Below, in pieces: positions 25,912 through 35,782 of a stretch of 50,791 bases of DNA (position 1 is the stretch's first letter; the number at the start of each line of letters is the position of its first letter). Made by a program: the position numbers and the translations under genes. Below the pieces are notes generated by a model. The model was not told the DNA's origin, did no database searches, and saw only the letters and a program-made list of their open reading frames with translations. Where the stretch lies: NCBI GenBank assembly GCA_029262155.1, contig JAJCZW010000195.1, forward strand, positions 1 to 50,791, given 5' to 3'. The stretch is from Gemmatimonadota bacterium. GTDB taxonomy: Bacteria > Gemmatimonadota > Gemmatimonadetes > Gemmatimonadales > GWC2-71-9.

Positions 25912-26133
25912 CTAGCTCTCAACCAGCTCCACCATCTGGATGTCGCCGAGCGAAATGGCGATTTCCGTGTCGTCAATCCCCGCAGGTCGCAAGTAGACCT
26001 CATGGGCAGTGATATGGGTATCAACACTTGTGGGGACGCCCATCACTATCGTGTTATCGGTGGTGACCACACGGACCATCTGATCATGCCCCCCGGCCCA
26101 ATCGAGCACCTCTACCATCTGCTCATACGTCAT
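25912..26133 (-). CDS. Small acidic hypothetical protein (73 aa)
   Basis: GAGGAGG RBS before the ATG; protein-like composition (helix followed by beta strands); fills the gap in a co-oriented run. Confidence 0.7.
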   Translation of the reverse strand: MTYEQMVEVLDWAGGHDQMVRVVTTDNTIVMGVPTSVDTHITAHEVYLRPAGIDDTEIAISLGDIQMVELVES

Positions 26134-26160
26134 TGAGGCCTCCTCTTGGTCCACCCATGT

Positions 26161-28425
26161 CTATGGTGTAAGCCCCTCCCGCTGGGGCCGGCGCATCAGA
26201 TGGTCGTCCAAATACCGGGTCAATAACTCCTGGAGGTGGAGTGAGGTCATGCCACCGGAGATGGAATGCGTCCGATTCGGATACGCCATGAACTGGAACG
26301 GCTTGTTGGCATCCACCAACGCGTTGATCAAAGCTTCTGAATTCTGGTAGTGCACATTGTCGTCTCCCGTACCGTGTACCAGAAGTAGGTCGCCTCGCAT
26401 ACCGGAGACGTAGCTGAGTGGGGACCCTTTATCGTAGCCCTCCCGGTTGTCCTGGGGGAGTCCGTTGTACCGTTCGGTATAGATGTTGTCATAGTACTGC
26501 CAGTGGGTCACCGGGGCGACAGCTATCGCCATGTGAAACGTCCCTGGTGCCCGAAAGAGTCCATTGAGGCTCATGAATCCACCGTAGCTCCAGCCCCAAA
26601 TCCCGATCCGACTCGGATCAACCCATGGGCGTTCCGCAAGGGCCCTCGCGGCAGCGGCCTGATCTTCTGTTTCAATCACCCCCAGGTGACCGTACACCAC
26701 CTTCTTGAAGTCGCGACCGCGGGCTCCGGTCCCCCGATTATCGACACTGGCGACAACATACCCCTTTTGAGTCAACATCAGATGCCAGAGGTATCGGGCC
26801 CCCCCCCATCGATCAAGGACGGTCTGGCTCCCGGGGCCGCCGTAGACATAGAACAAAACCGGGTAGCGCCTTGTGGAATCAAAATCGGCTGGCTTCATCA
26901 CCCACGCGTTGAGCGCAGTCCCATTCGCCAGGGAGATCGTCTCGAAGGTGACCGGGCCGCGGTGGAGGGCCTTCACCCGAGCCTGGAGGGCGGTGTTGGC
27001 CACGAGAGTCCGCACGGAACGGTGATCAGGTAGATGGACCAGATCGGTGGATGGCGGAAGGCCAAAGGCGGAGAAGGTATGGAAGGCCCACTGGGAATTC
27101 GGTGAGACGACGTAGCTGTGGGACCCGGACACGGCAGGAGAGAGCCGCTCCGGGCTCCCGCGACCGTCCAATCGCACTCGGAAGAGGTAGCGCTCGGTCG
27201 GATTGTCCGGCGACGCGATGTAATAGACGTACCCACCACGGGTATCGATGGAAACCACGTTCAGGACATCGAAGGCGCCTGGAGTGAGAAGGCGGATATC
27301 CTTGCCATCTCGGCTCACGCGATAGATATGATTCCATCCGTCGCGTTCCGAAGCCCAGGTAAACGCTTTCCCTCCATCCGTCCACACCATGTCATCCACC
27401 ACATCGACCCAGGCACTGTCCTTCTCGACCAGAATCGACCGCACCGCTCCGGTGTTGGCGTCGCCCATCAGAAAATCGAGGCGGTTTTGGAGGCGATTGA
27501 GGTACTGGATCACGACTTCATCACTGCGGGCAGCCCATTCCATCCGAGCCGGGTAGTTGTTGCGAGGATCGCCCTTCAACGCAAGCCACTGTATCGGACC
27601 ACCCGATGCGGAGATTACCCCTACCCGGGCGGCTGAGTTGGTCTCGCCGGCCTTGGGATATTGGACTGGCACAACCTGGGAGTAGAGTGAGTCAGTGGTG
27701 TTGATCAAATCGAACTCGCGGATGCCAGTGGCGTCGAGTTGCCAAAACGCGATACGTTGACCGTCAGGGCTCCACCGCCATCCATCCCGGAGATCTAACT
27801 CCTCTTCGTACACCCAGTCGAACGTGCCGTTGATGGTGGTTCGTGATCCGTTGGTTGTCAGACGGGTGATGGCGCCAGTGGTCAGCTCCTCGACATAGAG
27901 ATCGTGCTCACGCACATACCCCACCCGCTCTCCGTCGGGGGAAAATTTGGCGAACATGAGCGTCGACGGCTGAGCTTCGACTCCACCGAGCTTGGTAAGC
28001 CGACCGGAGGCGCGCTCGAGCACCCAATAGTCTCCTCGGGTATTCCGTCTCCACACCCGTTCACTGTTGGTGTAGATCAAGAGTCGGCCATGATCGGATG
28101 ACCAGTCATAATCTTCGATCGAGAGTGGGCGGGTCCCCCCGGTGGGGATGAGGTCGGCCGTCGCGATCAGCACCTGCCGAGCGCCGCTCTCGGTCTCATA
28201 TCGAACGAGATCTCGGCCACCCCCATTCGCCGGTTCGAGCGTGGTATACGCTTGGCCATCGTCCAACCATCGGGTTGGGCCCAAGAAGTCGCCGCGAAAC
28301 TCGGCGCTGGCGTAAATGCGCTCCAGGGTCAGTGGCGCTGGGTTGGGTGCCTGAGCCGCCACCGAGGTCGTCAGGAGACCGAATAAACCAAGGGTACGTA
28401 AGGAACGGAGAATCGTGGACGTCAT
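26161..28425 (-). CDS. S9B dipeptidyl peptidase IV family, exported
   Basis: DWVYEEE, YPKAG, YGGPGSQ, GWSYGG nucleophile, HGTGDDNVH, HSI; signal peptide from MTSTIL. Confidence 0.96.
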   Translation of the reverse strand: MTSTILRSLRTLGLFGLLTTSVAAQAPNPAPLTLERIYASAEFRGDFLGPTRWLDDGQAYTTLEPANGGGRDLVRYETESGARQVLIATADLIPTGGTRPLSIEDYDWSSDHGRLLIYTNSERVWRRNTRGDYWVLERASGRLTKLGGVEAQPSTLMFAKFSPDGERVGYVREHDLYVEELTTGAITRLTTNGSRTTINGTFDWVYEEELDLRDGWRWSPDGQRIAFWQLDATGIREFDLINTTDSLYSQVVPVQYPKAGETNSAARVGVISASGGPIQWLALKGDPRNNYPARMEWAARSDEVVIQYLNRLQNRLDFLMGDANTGAVRSILVEKDSAWVDVVDDMVWTDGGKAFTWASERDGWNHIYRVSRDGKDIRLLTPGAFDVLNVVSIDTRGGYVYYIASPDNPTERYLFRVRLDGRGSPERLSPAVSGSHSYVVSPNSQWAFHTFSAFGLPPSTDLVHLPDHRSVRTLVANTALQARVKALHRGPVTFETISLANGTALNAWVMKPADFDSTRRYPVLFYVYGGPGSQTVLDRWGGARYLWHLMLTQKGYVVASVDNRGTGARGRDFKKVVYGHLGVIETEDQAAAARALAERPWVDPSRIGIWGWSYGGFMSLNGLFRAPGTFHMAIAVAPVTHWQYYDNIYTERYNGLPQDNREGYDKGSPLSYVSGMRGDLLLVHGTGDDNVHYQNSEALINALVDANKPFQFMAYPNRTHSISGGMTSLHLQELLTRYLDDHLMRRPQREGLTP

Positions 28426-28594
28426 GAGAGAACCATTTGGAGTTGGGGGACCCTCCCCAATGGAAGGACCTGCCCCGTATTCTAGGGTCGGGAGGGGAAA
28501 TGGGAAGGAGGGCATAGGAAATGGGAACGCGTGGGAGTGAGCACTGAACGAACCACTCATCACGATCTACATTGGAGTGTTCGGCTGCGAGCTG

Positions 28595-29176
28595 CTAATC
28601 GACCTCTGCCAGTGCCCGTTTGATCAGTTCCTGGAAACCGGGTCCCGATGGGTGACCCAGATATACGCTGCTGCCGACCACGAACGTCGGCGTGCCCCGG
28701 ACCCCGGCCCTCCTCGCAGCGGCGATGTCTTCGCTGACGCGATCCGCGAACCTGGCATCCTTCACACAATCCTCGAACTCGCCCACGTCCTGAATGCCGG
28801 CTCGTCTAGCGAAGTCACTCCAGTCGAGCACCCCCAGAGAATCCTGTGCCGCATACACCACTTCGATGAAGGTACCGAACTTTCCCTCGACGTCCGCGCA
28901 CTCGGCCGCCAGCGCGGCCTCGACCATAGCGCAGAATGGGCATTCGAGATCCACGAATTCCACGATCTTCAGTTGCGCGTCTTCGGGGCCGATGAGGTGA
29001 CCGTGGGCTGTAAGTTCGCGCGCGATCTTCGGGTCTATCTCGCGTACGGAGGAGTTCGTGGCCCCACCTGTCGGCGCGGCGGTCAGTTCCCGACGCACGA
29101 CAAGCCCCGTGATCACCACTGCGCACACCACCAGCACCCCGACCGCCGTGTTCTGGTACAACTCCGAGCGCCTCAT
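28595..29176 (-). pseudogene. DsbA/thioredoxin-fold protein with an apparent in-frame internal deletion
   Basis: IVEFVDLECPFC runs almost directly into EAALAAECA, lacking the usual helix and xxHFPL segment; GVRGTPTF retained. Confidence 0.6.
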
Positions 29177-29582
29177 GGTACCCTCCTGCTGGTAGCCAGA
29201 CGACCCGGGTAAAGGCGGTACAGTTGGACATACTCCACCCCCATCTCGTCCCTCCGTTGGCGACGACGATTCGTCCGTCGGAAAGGCGAAGCGCACCGGT
29301 CACCCGAAAGAGCGCTGCACCGGACGCCCCATCTTCGGAACCGATCTCCACCAGAGGATGGTCTGCGACACGCCAACCGTCTCCATCCGTCCATAAACCG
29401 GCCCCACGGTTCTCTACAACCTGTACGCCCGAGCTATCGCGAATGATGGGGCCTTGTGCTTCCCGCACACCGTCCCCGTGGCGACACCCAGCCACGGCGA
29501 TCCAACAGAGCCCGCCAAAGAGGACAACACGTCGGCTATCCGGAAGCAACCAGACGGCGACGACCGCCTTACCACACCCCAT
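29173..29582 (-). pseudogene. Remnant of a 6-bladed beta-propeller lipoprotein; N- and C-termini joined out of frame
   Basis: N-terminus AVAGC...RDSSGVQVVEN...EIG...ALRLSDGRIVVANGGT; immediately after, in another frame, a family-like C-terminus RDEMGVEYVQLYRL whose stop overlaps the dsbA ATG. Confidence 0.65.
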
Positions 29583-29586
29583 GACG

Positions 29587-30096
29587 CTACCCACCACCAG
29601 GCCCTCCCGTTTCCAGTGGTCTACGGACGCTCCGGAGGGTGATCGTCTTGGTCTGCCTATCCCGCCGAACCCTAAGCCGGAAGGCCACTCCAGCCTGGTT
29701 CGGGTATTGGAGCGATGGGAGGACGCCCCGTTCATGGGAAGGCCTCCCATTAACCATGAGAATCTCATCCCCTTCTCGTAGGTCAGTTGCGGCTGCGGGG
29801 GAACCGCAGATAACGCTCCCAACCAGGACACGGGACTCCCTGAGGGCCTCCATGACATCGACGCTATCCGGACCGCGCTTGAAGGTAATTATGGCACGGA
29901 CGAATACTCCGGTATAGAACGCTGCTGGCGGACGGCCCATCCGTCTAGACTTGCCCTCTGACAGCCGTTGTTCCTCGTGCTGGTCCCATGTGATACACGC
30001 TTGTCGGTCCTCCCCCTGGCCCACGGCACTGGCTGGCCCTACAGCGAAGACGATCGAAAAGAACGCACGCAGCACTGAGCTAGAACCTCTCACCAT
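29587..30096 (-). CDS. Small exported PDZ-domain protein
   Basis: Signal-like N-terminus; VGSVICGSPAAATDLREGDEILMVNGRP...LRVRRD PDZ signature. Confidence 0.75.
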   Translation of the reverse strand: MVRGSSSVLRAFFSIVFAVGPASAVGQGEDRQACITWDQHEEQRLSEGKSRRMGRPPAAFYTGVFVRAIITFKRGPDSVDVMEALRESRVLVGSVICGSPAAATDLREGDEILMVNGRPSHERGVLPSLQYPNQAGVAFRLRVRRDRQTKTITLRSVRRPLETGGPGGG

Positions 30097-30548
30097 GAAC
30101 CGCTCACTTCCGTCCAAGAACATGTTGTCACACGGGGGACAAACCGGTAGTACACCGCAGGATCCCCATTCCGGCGTAACACCCAGTGTGCAATGGAGAC
30201 CCCCGCTGCATTCCACTCCACTAGGAGTACGACGTATACCCAGTTCCGAAGCATCTGAAACGGCGGCAACCCCGTGTCCCGCAGATGTCGGTCTAGCAAC
30301 GCGCCCGAGGCGAACCCCAGGAACTGCGCGGCTTCCTTCCGTGACAGTCCGAGCCTGCATTCCACAAAGTGCTGCCATAGGCTCCCGCTGGCCAGCCGCA
30401 CCACCTCCCAACACCCACACATGCTCCCCCCTTCCAAGTCGGGCCCAGCAAACTGCCGTATGTACGTGAGAACTCTCCTAAGTACACGACCGTAACGGAC
30501 GTCCCAGATCAGTGCCAGGGTAGGCCGTGGGACACGAATACTCATCAT
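30090..30548 (-). CDS. Putative helix-turn-helix protein (AraC-like C-terminal region), possibly truncated
   Basis: SRKEAAQFLGF...LDRHLRDTGLPP HTH-like pattern; its stop overlaps the PDZ gene start. Confidence 0.45.
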   Translation of the reverse strand: MMSIRVPRPTLALIWDVRYGRVLRRVLTYIRQFAGPDLEGGSMCGCWEVVRLASGSLWQHFVECRLGLSRKEAAQFLGFASGALLDRHLRDTGLPPFQMLRNWVYVVLLVEWNAAGVSIAHWVLRRNGDPAVYYRFVPRVTTCSWTEVSGSW

Positions 30549-30622
30549 CCTCTGGCCCTAAACGCTGACTGTTCCTATCATCCGGCGTTCGCCAGCACCG
30601 TTTCCCGTTCCTTGCGATACCC

Positions 30623-32077
30623 ATGACTGGCAAGACGTCACCCGAATCCGAACTCGCACGACTTCTCCCCCCCACGGTGCGGTTGGCTCTGGAGTATTTC
30701 GCAGCGCTCGAGGACCCCGCCACGCCGGTCGTGGAGTACCTCCCTCCCCCAGCACTACAGGAAGCACTCGGCCTTTCCTTCGGTTCCGAGGCCCAATCGA
30801 TCGATGCGATCCTTGCCGCAGCAAAAACAACACTCCGTTATAGCGTCCGCACCGGACATCCTCGTTTCTTCAATCAACTCTACGGAGGCGTCGACCCGGC
30901 TGGCATCTTGGGCGAATGGATCACTGCCTTGGTGAATACTTCGATGTACACCTTCGAGGCCGCTCCGGTGGGGACGCTCGTCGAGACGGCCCTCATTGAA
31001 CGGATGAATCGCTGTGTCGGCTACACCGCAGGTGAGGGGGAGGGAATCTTCACCCCCGGTGGCACGATCTCGAACCTGATGGCACTGCTCGCCGCCCGGC
31101 ACCGAGTATTCCCTGATGCCAAGCGTCTTGGGATTCACGCCCTCGAACAGCCCGTCGTCTTTCTCTCGGCGGAGGCCCATTACTCCACTCCGCGAGCCGC
31201 CAGTGTGGCAGGGTTTGGGACCGACGCGGCGATTCCCATCGCCACCGACCCGGTAGGGCGGATGATCCCGTCCGCACTCGACCAGGCGATCACAGCTGCC
31301 AAGAGGAACGGACAGACGCCTGTTATGATCGTAGCAACCTCGGGGACGACCGTCCCGGGCGCCTTCGACCCGATCGACCCGATCGCCGACATCGCCGAGC
31401 GGCACGACCTCTGGCTCCATGTCGACGCATCGTTCGGCGGTGGTGTACTCTTCTCCGATCGACATCGGCATCTGATGGCAGGGGTCGAACGGGCCGAATC
31501 GGTGACCTGGAACCCGCACAAGATGATGGGACTGCCACTCGCGTGCTCCGCGATCCTGATGCGGGTACCCGGTACCCTCGAAGCCACCAACGGGATGCAC
31601 GCCGAGTATCTCTTCCATGGGGCGGAAGGCCCGACCTGTGATCTCGGTGATCTGAGTTTGCAGTGTGGGAGACGGGTCGACGCCTTTAAGCTGTGGTTCT
31701 CGTGGATGGCACTTGGCGATATGGGATACGCGCGTCGGGTCGACCGACTCTTCGACTTGGCGCACACCTTTCAGGGGATGCTCGACGAACGGCCAGGCTT
31801 TCACATCATTCGGGAGCCGGAAGGCACCAACGTCTGCTTTCGCTACCTCCCATCGGCCGACCGTTCCCTCGCGGAGGAAGCCCGGCTGCGCCGGGAGAGT
31901 GACGTGACCTTGGCGGTACGGCGGAGGCTGCTGACGAGCGGCCGGTTCATGATCAACTACGCCACCCTCGATGGTGCGGCGACGTTCCGGATCGTGATGA
32001 GTAACCCCCGCACCACCGATGTCGATCTGGGGGGGCTGCTGGATGCGATCGAGGAATTTGCGGAAGTTTTACCCTAG
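30623..32077 (+). CDS. Group II PLP-dependent decarboxylase, CSAD/GADL1-like
   Basis: HPRFFNQL, NTSMYTFEAAPV, PGGTISN, AHYS, WLHVDASFGG, WNPHK (PLP lysine), QCGRRVDAFKLW. Confidence 0.92.
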   Translation: MTGKTSPESELARLLPPTVRLALEYFAALEDPATPVVEYLPPPALQEALGLSFGSEAQSIDAILAAAKTTLRYSVRTGHPRFFNQLYGGVDPAGILGEWITALVNTSMYTFEAAPVGTLVETALIERMNRCVGYTAGEGEGIFTPGGTISNLMALLAARHRVFPDAKRLGIHALEQPVVFLSAEAHYSTPRAASVAGFGTDAAIPIATDPVGRMIPSALDQAITAAKRNGQTPVMIVATSGTTVPGAFDPIDPIADIAERHDLWLHVDASFGGGVLFSDRHRHLMAGVERAESVTWNPHKMMGLPLACSAILMRVPGTLEATNGMHAEYLFHGAEGPTCDLGDLSLQCGRRVDAFKLWFSWMALGDMGYARRVDRLFDLAHTFQGMLDERPGFHIIREPEGTNVCFRYLPSADRSLAEEARLRRESDVTLAVRRRLLTSGRFMINYATLDGAATFRIVMSNPRTTDVDLGGLLDAIEEFAEVLP

Positions 32078-34906
32078 TTCTCGGGCCAGGAATTGCCCGG
32101 TATAGCTCTCAGCACATTTCGCCACCTCCTCCGGCGTCCCCTCGACCACTATCGTGCCTCCCTTGCTTCCCCCCTCGGGACCCAGATCGATGATCCAGTC
32201 CGCCGTCTTCATCACTTCGAGGTTGTGCTCAATGACCAACACGCTGTTGCCCTTTTCCACGAGACGATGAAGAACCTCTAACAAGAGGCGAACATCCTCG
32301 AAGTGAAGCCCGGTCGTCGGTTCATCCAAGATGTAGAGGGTACGGCCGGTGTCACGCTTCGCGAGTTCGGTCGCCAACTTGACCCGCTGGGCCTCCCCAC
32401 CCGACAAGGTGGTCGCGGATTGTCCCAAGTGCAGGTACCCTAATCCCACGTCGTTCAACAACTCGAGCCGGCCAGCGATACGCCCTTGCGCATGGAAAAA
32501 CTCCAGCGCGTCCGCCACCGTCAGATCGAGCACGTCGGCGATCGACTTTCCTTTATATCGCACCTCCAGTGTTTCACGATTGTACCGCCGACCCTTGCAC
32601 ACCTCGCAAGTGACATAGACGTCGGGGAGGAAGTGCATCTCAATCTTGACCAGGCCATCGCCCTGGCACGCCTCGCAGCGTCCCCCTTTCACATTGAAGG
32701 AGAAGCGTCCCGGTCCATAGCCCCGCAGCTTGGCTTCAGGGAGCTGGGTGAACAACTCTCTGATAGGTGTAAAAAGACCGGTATAGGTGGCAGGGTTCGA
32801 CCGAGGTGTCCGTCCGATGGGGCTTTGATCGATGTCGATCACCTTGTCGATCCGCTTGACTCCCTCCAGACGGGTATGATCTCCCGGAATGACTTTGGCC
32901 CGATACAGGCTTCGCGCAAGTGCCCGATAAAGAATATCGGTCACCAGGGTGGATTTCCCCGACCCGGACACCCCGGTCACGCCGACAAAAAGCCCCAGTG
33001 GGATGGTGACGTTCAAGTTCTGCAGATTGTTCGCTCTTGCCCCGATCACCCGAAGCCGGTGGCCCCGTTTTGCGACGCGGCGGGTGGCGGGTACCCGGAC
33101 CCGAAGCTCTCGCCGAAGATAGCGTGCGGTCAGAGACTCTTTCGATTGGAGGACCTGCTCCAAGGTCCCTTCCGCGACAACCCGACCACCGTGTCTCCCT
33201 GCCCTCGGACCCAAATCGATCAAATGATCGGCCGCCCGAATCGTCTCCTCATCGTGCTCCACGACGATGACAGTATTGCCTAGGTCTCGAAGATCGCGGA
33301 GGGTCGCAAGAAGGCGTGTATTGTCTCGTTGATGCAATCCGATGCTGGGCTCATCGAGGATGTAGAGCACGCCGACCAGACGGGAGCCGATCTGGGTCGC
33401 CAAGCGAATCCGCTGGGCCTCCCCTCCGGAGAGGCTGCCAGCCCCCCGGCCGAGCGTTAGATACTCGAGGCCGACGTCCTGAAGGAAGCGGAGTCGCTCA
33501 CACACCTCCTTCAGGATCGGACTGGCAATGTCGGGATCGATCCCCCCACCTTCACGTCCGACGGGGATTCCCCGGAAGAACTCCAGAGCCTGACCGACCG
33601 AGAGATCGACCACGTCGCCAATATTTGTGTCAGCCACCAGCACGGCAAGGCTCTCCGGCTTGAGCCTCTGCCCGCCACATCCCTGACACGGCATTTCGAC
33701 CATGAACTCGGCGAGCGCGTTCCGGACCGCATCACTCGTCGTCTCGTGGTAACGCCGCGCCGTGTGTCGAAGGACGCCTTCCCACTCCGACTCGTACTCG
33801 GTTCCGTTGCCCTCTCCATCGGACTTGAACTGGAATGTGGTACCGGGAATACCGTATAGGATCCCATCCTGGGCGATCTTCCGCAGGTTCCCCCAAGGCG
33901 CGTTCAAATCAAACTTCAAGTGCCGAGCCAAGGTCGGGAGTATCACTTTACGGAGGTACCCCGACGGTTCACCCCAGGGAAGGATGACACCTTCCGGGAT
34001 GGAGATACTCGAATCGGCCAACACAAGTGCTTCGCTCACTTCTCGGTGGGTGCCGAGGCCGTGGCATTCGGGACAGACGCCAAACGGCGAATTGAAGGAG
34101 AATTGCCGTGGCTCCAATTCGGGCAGGGACAATCCACAGGTGGGACAGGCGAACCGCTCGGAGAACATGACCGATTGCGGGGTGTTGCCATCGTGCCGAA
34201 TCACCTCCACGACACCATCGGCCACGTTGAGCGCCGTCTCGATCGAGTCATGCAATCGTGATCGGTCATCCGGCCGAACCACCAAGCGGTCGACGACGAC
34301 CGCGACATCGTGATTCTGTCGACGATTCAGTTTGGGAAGTTGATCGAGTTCGTAGATCTCCCCGTCAACTTGCGCCCGAACGAACCCTTTTTTTCGGAGG
34401 CTGTCAAAGAGATCTCTGAATTCGCCTTTGCGACCCCGAATCATGGGACCCAACACTTCGATCCGTGTGTCTGCGGGCCAGGCCAGCACAAGGTCCGTGA
34501 TCTGGGATGGACTCTGCCGTTGAACCGGGGACCCGTCATTGGGACAATGCGGCACCCCCACGCGGGCCCAGAGGAGCCGCATGTAGTCATAGATCTCGGT
34601 CACGGTCCCTACCGTGGACCGGGGGTTGTGTCCGGTTGTCTTCTGCTCGATCGAGATGGCGGGTGAGAGCCCTTCGATCGCGTCGACATCTGGCTTATCC
34701 ATCAGCCCGAGGAACTGCCTCGCATAGGCCGACAGCGATTCAACGTACCGACGTTGTCCTTCGGCATAGATGGTATCGAACGCCAACGAGGATTTGCCGG
34801 AACCTGAGAGACCGGTAATCACGGTCAGGCGGTTCCGGGGAATGGCCACCGAGATGTTCTGGAGATTGTGCTCGCGTGCGCCGCGTACCCGCAGGAATTC
34901 TTCCAT
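32069..34906 (-). CDS. uvrA: Excinuclease ABC subunit A
   Basis: GAREHNL, GLSGSGKSSLAFDTIYAEGQRRYVESLS, two LSGGEAQR signatures, zinc fingers, GVSGSGKS. Confidence 0.98.
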   Translation of the reverse strand: MEEFLRVRGAREHNLQNISVAIPRNRLTVITGLSGSGKSSLAFDTIYAEGQRRYVESLSAYARQFLGLMDKPDVDAIEGLSPAISIEQKTTGHNPRSTVGTVTEIYDYMRLLWARVGVPHCPNDGSPVQRQSPSQITDLVLAWPADTRIEVLGPMIRGRKGEFRDLFDSLRKKGFVRAQVDGEIYELDQLPKLNRRQNHDVAVVVDRLVVRPDDRSRLHDSIETALNVADGVVEVIRHDGNTPQSVMFSERFACPTCGLSLPELEPRQFSFNSPFGVCPECHGLGTHREVSEALVLADSSISIPEGVILPWGEPSGYLRKVILPTLARHLKFDLNAPWGNLRKIAQDGILYGIPGTTFQFKSDGEGNGTEYESEWEGVLRHTARRYHETTSDAVRNALAEFMVEMPCQGCGGQRLKPESLAVLVADTNIGDVVDLSVGQALEFFRGIPVGREGGGIDPDIASPILKEVCERLRFLQDVGLEYLTLGRGAGSLSGGEAQRIRLATQIGSRLVGVLYILDEPSIGLHQRDNTRLLATLRDLRDLGNTVIVVEHDEETIRAADHLIDLGPRAGRHGGRVVAEGTLEQVLQSKESLTARYLRRELRVRVPATRRVAKRGHRLRVIGARANNLQNLNVTIPLGLFVGVTGVSGSGKSTLVTDILYRALARSLYRAKVIPGDHTRLEGVKRIDKVIDIDQSPIGRTPRSNPATYTGLFTPIRELFTQLPEAKLRGYGPGRFSFNVKGGRCEACQGDGLVKIEMHFLPDVYVTCEVCKGRRYNRETLEVRYKGKSIADVLDLTVADALEFFHAQGRIAGRLELLNDVGLGYLHLGQSATTLSGGEAQRVKLATELAKRDTGRTLYILDEPTTGLHFEDVRLLLEVLHRLVEKGNSVLVIEHNLEVMKTADWIIDLGPEGGSKGGTIVVEGTPEEVAKCAESYTGQFLARELG

Positions 34907-34990
34907 AGCCTTGTAAGCTAGGAACGAAGGGGGCCTTCATACAACCCAGACCCCTCGGCGGGCTTCGGAAGGGGGATTATCTTTAGGCCC

Positions 34991-35782
34991 ATGCGATTCC
35001 TCGCTCACGGGCGTTCTCCACGTGTCGGCTCCGAAGCGCATGGCGGAACGGCCCCCGATCTCCTCGCCGGAGAACTCCTACTTCCGCCCTCCGATGAAGG
35101 AACAGCGCTCCGCCCGGGAGCCGAAGAGTTCCCACTCACCCACGTCCCCCTCGCCATAGCCGATGCCTCGCTTCCCGGGCCCGCCGCCGAGGCGCTCGAG
35201 TTGGTCGATCTTGGTCGCCATCGCGACGCCATCGTCATCCTCCGGCAAGCGGTAGAGGACGACCCGACGGATGCGGCCCTCCAGCTTTTCCTGGCCACAA
35301 TGCTGAGTGAGCAGGGCGAAACAGGTCAGGCGTTGGCCCTCCTCGATGGGCTCCTGGCGAGCGATCCTGACCATGTGCAAGGGTTACTCAACCGCGGCGC
35401 GCTCCGATCGAAAGTGGGGATGGTGGACGAAGCGGACGTCGATTTGCGAGCCGCCGTCCATCTTGCGCCGGAGGAAAGTCAGCCAGTGTACCAACTCGGG
35501 GTGGCACTCCTCCGACGAGGACTCGGAAAGGAGTCGGTTCCCAAATTCCGAGCCGCCATCGATCTCGACCCTCGTCGTGGCATTTTCTGGCAATCGCTGG
35601 GCGAGGGACTGGTCCGGGCTGGTGATTCGGAGGGCGCGTTAGAGGCGTTTCAGCGGGCCTCCTCTCTTTTGCCCCATGAGGCACGAATCTGGCAGCATCT
35701 CGGTCGATTGCTGGACCAACTTGGACGCTCGGAGGACGCCATGGCGATGTACCGGAAAGCGCGAGAGGTCTCCGCTCCGTGA
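34991..35782 (+). CDS. Tetratricopeptide repeat protein
   Basis: Repeated LG..L...G...EA...F..A....P units. Confidence 0.88.
   Translation: MRFLAHGRSPRVGSEAHGGTAPDLLAGELLLPPSDEGTALRPGAEEFPLTHVPLAIADASLPGPAAEALELVDLGRHRDAIVILRQAVEDDPTDAALQLFLATMLSEQGETGQALALLDGLLASDPDHVQGLLNRGALRSKVGMVDEADVDLRAAVHLAPEESQPVYQLGVALLRRGLGKESVPKFRAAIDLDPRRGIFWQSLGEGLVRAGDSEGALEAFQRASSLLPHEARIWQHLGRLLDQLGRSEDAMAMYRKAREVSAP

Noticed and set aside
28426-28563. Pro/Phe-rich N-terminal extension of the S9 peptidase
   Set aside because: It derives from low-complexity GGAAATGGGAA upstream sequence; the signal peptide starts at Met 28425
28815-29858. The 347-aa ORF as one real gene
   Set aside because: Only about 29244-29582 looks like a propeller N-terminus; the rest overlaps the PDZ and DsbA genes in other frames
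14531-31804. Long antisense or shadow ORFs (e.g. 14531-15427, 21526-22476, 30755-31804)
   Set aside because: They lie opposite well-supported genes, have no motifs, and are expected in GC-rich DNA
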